Positions 9,159-16,961 of a stretch of DNA of 64,000 nt are shown here, in pieces. Positions within the stretch are counted from its first letter, which is position 1; each line of letters starts with the position of its first letter. Under the pieces are notes generated by a model that was not told the origin of the DNA, did no database searches, and was given only the letters and a program-made list of their open reading frames with translations. The DNA comes from a virus. Made by a program: the position numbers and the translations under genes. Where the stretch lies: the IMG/VR virus record IMGVR_UViG_3300007735_000794, positions 34,069 to 98,068 of that record; one strand, given 5' to 3'.

Positions 9159-9962
9159 ATGACGAAAATATTGCAAGAATCAATACGATGTATACTGAAT
9201 GAAACAGTAGGCTGGTCTGATAGCTTAGAATCAATCTCTTTGAGGTTAGAAGAATTGATTGGGAAAGAATTTTCAATGTTCAAGCATTTAGAAAAAATGG
9301 GCTGGAAATTGGGAAGATTTTTACCTGACACTATACCACACGATTTTGTTTATTTGGGTAGTGGCATGTATCGTGTTGTGTTTGCACCCAAATCAGACAA
9401 AGATTTAGTTATCAAAATAGCAAAAACAGAAGACGGTTGCGCTATGAATAGTGACGATGCTCTAGTTGGGAAAAATGGATATTGGGCGAAAGCGTTCCCG
9501 AAATGTTACAACGTTGCAGATGATTATAGATGGATTATTCAAGAGCGATGTGATGTTGCAAGAAATAGAAGTTCGCATGGCTATGCTGACCTTTCTAGTT
9601 ACTTTGTAAATACATACTTTTATTATTTTTCAGATGACGATGAGTGGTCTGTGCTAATTTGTTCACTTGCTATCGGCGCTGGAATGTCATTTGATGAATT
9701 AAAGAAATCATGCAGAAATGCATATCTTACTGCTGCCAATGAAATAAATAATTCTTTCGAAGAAGACCCAGATGAAATCATTCAATCTATGAATGACGAA
9801 CTTATGAATACATCTGCAACATATAAATTGTGGTGTGGCGCGATCAAGCGATTTGGAATTGCACCAGACGATTTATATTCAAACAATCTTGGATTTTCTA
9901 GAGAAGACTGCAGACCTGTTATTATTGATTCAAGCTTTATAAATACATTAGAGAGAACATAA
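9159..9962 (+). CDS. Protein kinase-like fold protein with leader
   Basis: Gly loop YLGSGMYRVVF, VIKIAK, hinge WIIQER, catalytic loop DDLYSNN, metal-binding VIID. Confidence 0.75.
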   Translation: MTKILQESIRCILNETVGWSDSLESISLRLEELIGKEFSMFKHLEKMGWKLGRFLPDTIPHDFVYLGSGMYRVVFAPKSDKDLVIKIAKTEDGCAMNSDDALVGKNGYWAKAFPKCYNVADDYRWIIQERCDVARNRSSHGYADLSSYFVNTYFYYFSDDDEWSVLICSLAIGAGMSFDELKKSCRNAYLTAANEINNSFEEDPDEIIQSMNDELMNTSATYKLWCGAIKRFGIAPDDLYSNNLGFSREDCRPVIIDSSFINTLERT

Positions 9963-9963
9963 A

Positions 9964-10686
9964 ATGAACGAACAATTCAAAAAGTTGCTAAGAGAATTCA
10001 TAAATGAAACTGTTATAAGACGTCGCGGCGGTGAAGAAGTAAAAATAGCATCTTCTGCCGATAGGATTTCTTCGTTTTCTGGCGCTACGCGCGGCAATAT
10101 TACATCGATTGGCGACATAAAAATATCACCAAAAGAAGCAAAAAACTTGTCGTTAGAAATGAATTCGCCATTTATGCAAGGGCCCGCATTTCATGCAATT
10201 TACAATGGAGGTGTGGGAGAAGAAAATAAATTTGTAAAGATAAAATCAAAAGAGCAAAAGCGTGCATCTATTTGGGGTGAAGATGACAATGAAGAGAACG
10301 TTAAAAAAGTTCCAACTCTTGCGAATTATAGAATCGGCGAAAAGGGCTCATATGTTTATATTCCTGAGCTTTTTTTGATGGTGCATAATCCTGCTACAGT
10401 TGATCGTGCATTTGGCGTCGGTTTTGTTAAAAATATAGAAAATTTCCCAACATCAACACCGGGCTATGATGCACCGCTTGCTCAAATAGAATTTGCTGAC
10501 GATCAAAAGCCACCAGGTCATATGAATACACAAAACATGGTTGGTTTAGCATTCGTATGTAAGTTATCAGAAGCAGATGCGCTTGTTAAAGCAGAACAAT
10601 TTTCAACGATTAAGAAACGAACACTTTCAAAGGGCGCGTCAGTCAAAGATCCAATAGTTGCAGCTCAAGAAGAAGATGATGACTAA
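9964..10686 (+). CDS. Hypothetical protein with leader
   Basis: 240 aa. MNEQFKKLLREFINET. Confidence 0.7.
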   Translation: MNEQFKKLLREFINETVIRRRGGEEVKIASSADRISSFSGATRGNITSIGDIKISPKEAKNLSLEMNSPFMQGPAFHAIYNGGVGEENKFVKIKSKEQKRASIWGEDDNEENVKKVPTLANYRIGEKGSYVYIPELFLMVHNPATVDRAFGVGFVKNIENFPTSTPGYDAPLAQIEFADDQKPPGHMNTQNMVGLAFVCKLSEADALVKAEQFSTIKKRTLSKGASVKDPIVAAQEEDDD

Positions 10687-11092
10687 ATCATGTGAAACAG
10701 TTATAAGAGCATTAATACGTGAATTTAATTCGCCGGTGGGTGATTCTGTTCTTGAAATGATGTCAGATGTCGAGGGTGTTGTCGAAGGAATTAGCAAATT
10801 ATCAGACGAGCTAATTGAAATAGAACCGCAGGTAGGAATTCAATTGAAAACATTTGCAAAGAGTTTAAAATCTTCACCAAAAAAAGGGCCCAAAGAAGTC
10901 GCAATTCAAATGCAAAAAATTTTAACATTTCTAGAAGATGAATTGCATGATGAAACGCTTGGTCTTCAAATGAGAATTGCGACATTGCTTCGAAGCTCGT
11001 TACCAATGACTGGAATATTTCAATCGCCACAAGCAGGTTTAAATCCCGCATATGATCCCACAAAAGGCAGCATGTTTAACAAAGCGGGATAA
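10676..11092 (+). CDS. Hypothetical protein with leader
   Basis: ATG overlaps the previous gene. MMTKSCETVIRALIREF. Confidence 0.65.
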   Translation: MMTKSCETVIRALIREFNSPVGDSVLEMMSDVEGVVEGISKLSDELIEIEPQVGIQLKTFAKSLKSSPKKGPKEVAIQMQKILTFLEDELHDETLGLQMRIATLLRSSLPMTGIFQSPQAGLNPAYDPTKGSMFNKAG

Positions 11093-11108
11093 ATGATATA
11101 ATTGAAGC

Positions 11109-11357
11109 ATGGAAACATTTAATGTACCTGATGGTTTTTCACCTCAATTTTGTAATGCAGTGTATGGATTTTTTACTGGCAGAAGAGATAAGCACATATT
11201 TGACGAGCTAAAGACCCGTTTCGGCACTGAGCGGTATTATCTTGAGTCGATTGAAGAAATTTATAATGAAAATGGTTGGCGTCTCGATATTAAATCTCGA
11301 AAAGCATACAGAGAAATATTTAGAGGCACGCTGAGTTTTGATTCTTTTAAGTTATAG
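11109..11357 (+). CDS. Small hypothetical protein
   Basis: 82 aa. TATAAT (11097-11102) lies 6 nt before the ATG. Confidence 0.6.
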   Translation: METFNVPDGFSPQFCNAVYGFFTGRRDKHIFDELKTRFGTERYYLESIEEIYNENGWRLDIKSRKAYREIFRGTLSFDSFKL

Positions 11358-11735
11358 ATTTTTGTCATAGATAAATTTCTTGACTAAGACGCCTGCTTTA
11401 GCGTTTGCTTGATCTTCATGAAAACCTCCAATGTCTTTTATTGGTCGTGTGATTAGACCTCTGTCGTGTTGTTGCATGTGAACCATTTCGTGAGCGATAG
11501 ATCGACAAATATCAAGAACATTTCTATTATGACCCCATACACACACCTCATTTGTCTGAGGATCAAAGTATGCAGTTGTCTTTATATTGTTTTGAGCACG
11601 ATCTAATACTACTTTTATTTTAAAGTCACAACTAAGCTTTAGTTCTTCTTGCGCAAATTTACAAAAATCAGCTACTAAATTTGTATCTTCACCGGGCATA
11701 TTTAAAGCAGAGTCTACTAATAGTTTTTGTTCCAT
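11352..11735 (-). CDS. Zinc metallopeptidase (HEXXH, ImmA/IrrE-like)
   Basis: IAHEMVHMQQH followed by HEDQANAKAG. Confidence 0.75.
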   Translation of the reverse strand: MEQKLLVDSALNMPGEDTNLVADFCKFAQEELKLSCDFKIKVVLDRAQNNIKTTAYFDPQTNEVCVWGHNRNVLDICRSIAHEMVHMQQHDRGLITRPIKDIGGFHEDQANAKAGVLVKKFIYDKNL

Positions 11736-11869
11736 TTAAACCATAACATCTATGTATAAGTATTACAATTTCAATATTTAGTCTTGTAGATTTTAGTAAA
11801 TGCAGTTCTTATATATGAACTGTATAGCGTTGTCGTAAATCTTTACAAAATATAAAAATAAAAGTTTGT

Positions 11870-11899
11870 TGTAATCATGCACGGCTAGTGAGTTATAAT
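11870..11899 (+). promoter_or_regulatory. Putative sigma70-type promoter for the chaperonin-like operon
   Basis: TGTAAT-N18-TATAAT, with the -10 box inside a 17-bp palindrome. Confidence 0.55.
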
Positions 11900-11907
11900 A
11901 ACTCATT

Positions 11908-13215
11908 ATGAACTCAGCTACCATAAACGAACTAGAATTCAGATCTCAATTGAATTCTAGACTACTAAATATTAAGCAATTATCAAACTCTGGCGCTTTA
12001 ATCTTACATAAACATTTAGTAAATGACTCATTACAGAAAGTTCTTATATCATCAAAAAGAAAATCATGGTTCGACAATACTATTCTTCCAATGATTGAAT
12101 CTGCATCAATCGACGCAGAAAAATCTGCACCTGGCGCGGGATTAATTGTATTGAAGTTAATTACAAGTCAATTAACAGAAGATCTAAAAGAAATTAGCAA
12201 TTCGAATCTTGAAATAGAACTTCTAAAAGAACATACATCCTCAGCACAAAAAATATGCACGAAAGAAGAATTTGAAGAATTTAGAAAAAAGACACTTTCA
12301 AAACATGCTTATGCTTTGATGACAGAAATATTAGAAAAATACAATCTTGGTGACGATCTAGAAACAAAAAAATCTTATTTGAGAGACACAACAATTGAAA
12401 AAATTGAAGGATACACACTTGACAATATTATTTTTAATCAGCTCTTCCTCAAAAGTGGAACGTGGACAAGGTCAGATGTAAATGTGTTAATAATTGATGG
12501 TCTAATAGAATCAGTCGGAGAAATTTATCATCTTCTAGAAAAAGCAAATAAGACAAGCGAATCGTATCTTGTAATTTGTGCTGGTATTTTACAAGAACCA
12601 TTGAATGTTATCTTACAAAATTTTGCAAGAGAAACAATAGATGTAGTTGTTGGAACTATTAAATCAAGTGATCAAAGCATCAATACAATAGCAGATCTTG
12701 GCACAATTTGTATGACGTCACCCATCTCAGCAATGAAGGGAGAGACAATATCACAAGCAACGTTACATGACTTTCAAAAACTCGATAAAGTCAGTATTAC
12801 ACAAAATCGTATACAAATAAAAAATAGCAAAGCAAAAATTGCAACTACAAATTTACTTCGTGAACTTATAAAAAAGTCACAGCAAGATATTGACGTTGAT
12901 TATCTTTTGCAAAAAAGAATAAAATGTCTATCTTCGTCTAGACTTTCAATATCAATTGGGCGAGACGATGTAGATAAACAAAAAAATATCATTGAAGAAA
13001 TTGATACATTCTTACGAAGTTGCCCAATGATTTTATCAAATGGATTTTTACATAAAAATGAATTAAAGAATTTTTCTGATAACATAATCGAATTATTATT
13101 TGGTGAAACAGATGCACAACCCGTTGTCAGAATTGAAAAAGCTATTTCAATATATAAATCATTCTTTAATCAAATCAAGCAAACCGGCACAATTATCACA
13201 GAAGACAGGAGTTAA
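11908..13215 (+). CDS. Divergent GroEL/Cpn60-like chaperonin
   Basis: VLIIDGLIESVGEIYHLLEKA...YLVIC, IADLGTIC...ISQATLHDF...KVSIT and LLQKRIKCLS..LSISIG follow the GroEL apical and intermediate domains. GDGTTT is absent. Confidence 0.75.
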   Translation: MNSATINELEFRSQLNSRLLNIKQLSNSGALILHKHLVNDSLQKVLISSKRKSWFDNTILPMIESASIDAEKSAPGAGLIVLKLITSQLTEDLKEISNSNLEIELLKEHTSSAQKICTKEEFEEFRKKTLSKHAYALMTEILEKYNLGDDLETKKSYLRDTTIEKIEGYTLDNIIFNQLFLKSGTWTRSDVNVLIIDGLIESVGEIYHLLEKANKTSESYLVICAGILQEPLNVILQNFARETIDVVVGTIKSSDQSINTIADLGTICMTSPISAMKGETISQATLHDFQKLDKVSITQNRIQIKNSKAKIATTNLLRELIKKSQQDIDVDYLLQKRIKCLSSSRLSISIGRDDVDKQKNIIEEIDTFLRSCPMILSNGFLHKNELKNFSDNIIELLFGETDAQPVVRIEKAISIYKSFFNQIKQTGTIITEDRS

Positions 13216-13219
13216 AAAG

Positions 13220-13453
13220 ATGTCACTAGAGTTAAAAGTAAGCACTACATTCAAGAATTCAATCGACGTTGTTAAAGATAAAGTCATATCAAATCTCATT
13301 GAAGCAAGAGGTCAAGGAAAAATCAAGATAGAGAAAAAAGAATTCGATGCAATATGCAACATGATAATAATGTCATTTGATCAAGGCTCACTTAACTCGT
13401 TCTCTCAAATCGACACACTTGTAAAGGAAATAAGAAAAGAATATGGCAATTGA
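13220..13453 (+). CDS. Hypothetical protein
   Basis: AGGAG SD before the ATG at 13220. Confidence 0.65.
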   Translation: MSLELKVSTTFKNSIDVVKDKVISNLIEARGQGKIKIEKKEFDAICNMIIMSFDQGSLNSFSQIDTLVKEIRKEYGN

Positions 13454-13913
13454 TGGTCTAAGACATTTAATCGAATGTCATTGCATATTACCACAATTTA
13501 GAAACAGGAAAGAACCTGTTTATCATAAATTCGTAGTATTTTCAATTACAAACGATGATGTATTTCAGCAGAAGCTAGTTCAATGCAATAATTGCGGAAT
13601 CGTTCACAAAGTCATTGATTTTTGTAAATCTGAGATTGTTCATGGAATTGAAGAAAACAAATCATTGAGAACAATTGAAGATATCAAGCTGGGAATTCCA
13701 AAAACAATTTGTGAGTTTCTAACACAACAAAATGCAGATTTATCTATCTGGGAATTCGTTGAGTTTGTTCTTGAAAACAATCTTGAAAAAGATGTCGTAA
13801 TAAAGAAAGATGACTCTGGCGGAATAACACAAGTAAAAATCTTGCAAATTAAACAAGATGGTACTTTTAAAGTAAGAAATCATACAAGACAAGACATCGT
13901 GGAAATACAATGA
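13443..13913 (+). CDS. Hypothetical zinc-ribbon protein
   Basis: IECHC...CNNCG...C. Confidence 0.65.
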   Translation: MAIDGLRHLIECHCILPQFRNRKEPVYHKFVVFSITNDDVFQQKLVQCNNCGIVHKVIDFCKSEIVHGIEENKSLRTIEDIKLGIPKTICEFLTQQNADLSIWEFVEFVLENNLEKDVVIKKDDSGGITQVKILQIKQDGTFKVRNHTRQDIVEIQ

Positions 13914-14152
13914 AAGTAGGAAAATCTGAAACAGAAAAGAAAGCAGAAGAATTGCTTAAATGCAGACAAATCGTAACTGAGGTTCTTAGATTTGGTGTTT
14001 CGCAAGATCAAATTATGCAAATCATAAATCTGCTAGCATTAGAACTTGAAAATAACGCAGCTATGATTGATATAGTCGCAGCAGTAAAAGCACACAAAGT
14101 GTCAATCATTGATGAAAATACAACAGCAATTAAAACAAAACTTTTGGATTAG
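13910..14152 (+). CDS. Hypothetical protein
   Basis: 80 aa, ATGA overlap with the upstream gene. Confidence 0.65.
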   Translation: MKVGKSETEKKAEELLKCRQIVTEVLRFGVSQDQIMQIINLLALELENNAAMIDIVAAVKAHKVSIIDENTTAIKTKLLD

Positions 14153-14154
14153 CA

Positions 14155-14421
14155 ATGGCAAAAAATGAAATGCAGCAACTTTGGGAAGAGATTAACTTAA
14201 TTGTTGCAAGTATGGAAAAAGATGCAATTAAAACAGATGGAGGAAATATTCGTTCTGGCGTTGTTTTACGCAAAGGATTGCGTCTCTTAAAAGAAAGAGC
14301 TGCTAATATGCTTCGAGAATCAATAGAACGAAAAGAGCAGTTTGCAGAAAACAAACGTGTTCGTCTTAAAGCACGTCGCGATAGAGATGCTGCTAGACAA
14401 ACAAAAAAATCAATTAACTAG
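14155..14421 (+). CDS. Histone H1-like Hc1 family DNA-binding protein
   Basis: EKDAIK...GNIRSGVVLRKGLRLLK matches the Hc1 pattern GNKxAGxRxRK; basic tail. Confidence 0.65.
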   Translation: MAKNEMQQLWEEINLIVASMEKDAIKTDGGNIRSGVVLRKGLRLLKERAANMLRESIERKEQFAENKRVRLKARRDRDAARQTKKSIN

Positions 14422-14631
14422 TGAAGAAAGTTTTTCAATTATTCGTTTTTCAATTTGACAAACGCGCATGCGTGATATAGATAATATGTCACCTATTTCT
14501 TGCAGTAATAATGTGCCACGCTTAGCAGCAACAATTGTGCAATTTTGATGCTGTTTGCAATTTATCCATTGTCTGCAAGCTTTATTATTGCATTGTACCT
14601 TGTGCTCATCGTGCAATTGATAACATTTCAT
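14410..14631 (-). CDS. Stand-alone sigma70 region-4 HTH protein with Cys-rich N-terminus
   Basis: LQEIGDILSISRMRVCQIEKRIIEKL. Five Cys plus His in the N-terminal half. AGAGGT SD. Confidence 0.8.
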   Translation of the reverse strand: MKCYQLHDEHKVQCNNKACRQWINCKQHQNCTIVAAKRGTLLLQEIGDILSISRMRVCQIEKRIIEKLSSLVN

Positions 14632-14649
14632 TGTAATACCTCTAATTCA

Positions 14650-14677
14650 ATAATAGAGTTGAATGTATGATTTTACC
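14650..14677 (-). promoter_or_regulatory. Putative sigma70-type promoter for the region-4 gene
   Basis: GGTAAA-N16-TATTAT on the minus strand; overlaps an ATTCAA-N8-TTGAAT inverted repeat (14645-14664). Confidence 0.4.
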
Positions 14678-14691
14678 ACACAGAGAGTTTA

Positions 14692-15993
14692 ATGTCCTCA
14701 AATAATGATAAAAGAAAAACGTTTGTAGTAGATACTTCTGTTTTGCTATATGATAAATGTGCAATTCACTCATTTACTGGAAATGACGTTGTAATTCCAT
14801 TGATCGTTTTAGATGAGCTTGATCGAAACAAAGACAAGCCCGGTCTTGTTGGTGAAAACGCAAGATACGTCAATCGTTTTCTAGACGATCTCAGAAAAGA
14901 GAATAAATTATTTGAAACTATCAATCTGAAAAATGATCAAACTATTCGTGTAGAAATTGAATCACATCAAGTGCCACAAGGACTTGATCCAAGCTTTGGT
15001 GATAACAAGATCATTGCAACTGCGTATTATCTTACAAAATCAATGCTCAATACAAAAGTTGTTATGGTGACAAAAGATATCAACTTTAGAATTAAATGTG
15101 ATGCATTAGGAATCGAAGCTGACGATTACTACAAAGATAGAGTTATACAGAACAAAGACGCAATCTATTCGGGTATGCAAGAAATAGAAACTCAAGATGA
15201 TTTCTTGATTGACAATTTTTATAAACAAGGATTTGTTAGCACAAATCTAATTGAAAATGATTTCTATAAGAATCAATATATCTCGCTAAAGTCTGGAAGC
15301 AAATCATTGCTTGGCATAAACAATGACGGAAGAATCATCCCGCTTATCAATAAAATTGATTCTGCAGCAAAAATAAAAGCAAGAAATAAAGAACAGCTAT
15401 TCGCAATAGACCTTCTTTCACGTGAAGAAATAAAACTCGTTTCAATGACAGGAATTGCAGGATCAGGAAAAACTTTCTTAACACTCCTCGCAGGGCTTGC
15501 AGGAATTCAAGACAAAAAATATGAAAGAATCATTATCACAAGATCATTACAGACTGTCGGAAAAGATATTGGTTTTTTGCCAGGCGATATCAATGAAAAA
15601 ATGTCGCCTTGGCTCTCACCAATTTTAGATAACTTTAGACATGTATTCAAAGATCTTTCATATTTTGAAATAATGCGACAAAAAGGTCAAATTGAAATTA
15701 CGCCGCTCGCATTTATTCGTGGTAGAACATTTAACAATACATTTTTGATCGTAGACGAAGCTCAAAATTCTACAATACACGAACTAAAGACTGTAATTAC
15801 ACGCGTCGGCGAAAATTCAAAAGTCGTATTGTTGGGCGATACAGACCAAATTGATACGCCATATCTCGATAGTCTATCAAATGGTTTGACAATCGTCGTA
15901 GAAAAATTTAAAAATCACGATATTACAGGACATATCACATTAACTAAGGGCGAACGTTCACAGCTTGCAACTTTAGCATCTAAAATAATTTAG
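14692..15993 (+). CDS. phoH: PIN-PhoH (PhoH2/YlaK-like) protein
   Basis: PIN domain VVDTSVLL...ELD...DNKI...TKDINFR, Walker A GIAGSGKT, GFLPG, RGRT, DEAQN. Confidence 0.93.
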   Translation: MSSNNDKRKTFVVDTSVLLYDKCAIHSFTGNDVVIPLIVLDELDRNKDKPGLVGENARYVNRFLDDLRKENKLFETINLKNDQTIRVEIESHQVPQGLDPSFGDNKIIATAYYLTKSMLNTKVVMVTKDINFRIKCDALGIEADDYYKDRVIQNKDAIYSGMQEIETQDDFLIDNFYKQGFVSTNLIENDFYKNQYISLKSGSKSLLGINNDGRIIPLINKIDSAAKIKARNKEQLFAIDLLSREEIKLVSMTGIAGSGKTFLTLLAGLAGIQDKKYERIIITRSLQTVGKDIGFLPGDINEKMSPWLSPILDNFRHVFKDLSYFEIMRQKGQIEITPLAFIRGRTFNNTFLIVDEAQNSTIHELKTVITRVGENSKVVLLGDTDQIDTPYLDSLSNGLTIVVEKFKNHDITGHITLTKGERSQLATLASKII

Positions 15994-15998
15994 AATGA

Positions 15999-16005
15999 AT
16001 AGTTA
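15999..16005 (+). promoter_or_regulatory. Putative late promoter ATAGTTA
   Basis: ATANTTA upstream of the structural gene at 16026, overlapping a hairpin. Confidence 0.5.
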
Positions 16006-16025
16006 CTCTATATCAGAGTAGCAAA

Positions 16026-16370
16026 TTGGCAGGCATAACATATAAACGACTTGACAAAAATAGATTTGTAAAAGTCTATCCATACAATAGAACTCCGCCT
16101 AGTTATGTATATGTTTATGAACAAGCACAAGGTGGATCATCTGTGGAAGCAGGAAAAATAACATTCGCAAACTCAGACTCTGAGACATATTCTTTTACAA
16201 ATGGACCTTACACTTCAGTACCGTCCATTACTATTTCTACAGTTGATTCATTAAGTAACAGTAATACAAACATTACAATTACTGTTGCAGCAGCGAGCAC
16301 GACATCTGCAACTATTAAATCATCTGCAAAATTTTCTGGTCAAGTTCATATTCATGTTGTTCCAGTCTAA
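16026..16370 (+). CDS. Small virion protein (beta-rich fibre or lectin-like domain)
   Basis: TTG start. Ser/Thr-rich, GKITF...YSFT..YTSVPSITIS pattern. Confidence 0.55.
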   Translation: MAGITYKRLDKNRFVKVYPYNRTPPSYVYVYEQAQGGSSVEAGKITFANSDSETYSFTNGPYTSVPSITISTVDSLSNSNTNITITVAAASTTSATIKSSAKFSGQVHIHVVPV

Positions 16371-16379
16371 GAGGATAGA

Positions 16380-16928
16380 ATGTCATTAGACCAAAGATCA
16401 AATCAAATACGAACTACACAAATCATAGCAACGGGCACGAATAGCACGAACGCTTCAATTTTGATTTATGGAAATGAAGCAGCAACTAACTATGAGGGCG
16501 GAATTTCTGCATTATTAGGAACTAACATTGGAACAGACGTTTTCTTATATGTCAGCGGTTCTTCTACAAAAAAGACAGTTTTTGGTGGTGATCTTGTAGC
16601 ATCTGGAACAATACTTTTTAAAGGACAGCTCACAGGCTCTGACTTAAACATTTCAAATACACTTGTTGTTAGTGGAAATTCAACATTTGGTGACGCATCG
16701 ACAGACACAGTAAAGTTCAATGGAAAATTAATATCAGACGTCTTACCAAGCACAGATAGTGCATATGATCTTGGGTCACCAACAGCACGTTGGAAGAACA
16801 TCTACACGGGTGACTTGCATTTAAGAAACGATAGGGGTGATTGGACAATCATTGAAGAAGAAGATTTTCTTACAATCACAAATAATCGATCAGGCAAAAG
16901 ATACAAGTTTGTTGTAGAAGAAATATAG
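16380..16928 (+). CDS. Tail fibre-like protein
   Basis: VLPSTDSAYDLGSPTARWKNIYTGDLHL...GDWTIIEEE...GKRYKF, a common phage fibre C-terminal module. GAGG SD. Confidence 0.7.
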   Translation: MSLDQRSNQIRTTQIIATGTNSTNASILIYGNEAATNYEGGISALLGTNIGTDVFLYVSGSSTKKTVFGGDLVASGTILFKGQLTGSDLNISNTLVVSGNSTFGDASTDTVKFNGKLISDVLPSTDSAYDLGSPTARWKNIYTGDLHLRNDRGDWTIIEEEDFLTITNNRSGKRYKFVVEEI

Positions 16929-16961
16929 TTTATTTTTCATTTGCAATGTTAGTATTGCTGT

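Noticed and set aside
9938-9945. Canonical T4 late promoter TATAAATA before 9964
   Set aside because: It lies inside the kinase coding sequence and is not the recurring motif before structural genes; may be chance in AT-rich DNA.
11736-11907. tRNA in the largest intergenic gap
   Set aside because: No cloverleaf or T-loop GTTCRA context; reported only as an unexplained hairpin.
11881-11920. CIRCE element upstream of the GroEL-like gene
   Set aside because: The palindrome does not match TTAGCACTC-N9-GAGTGCTAA.
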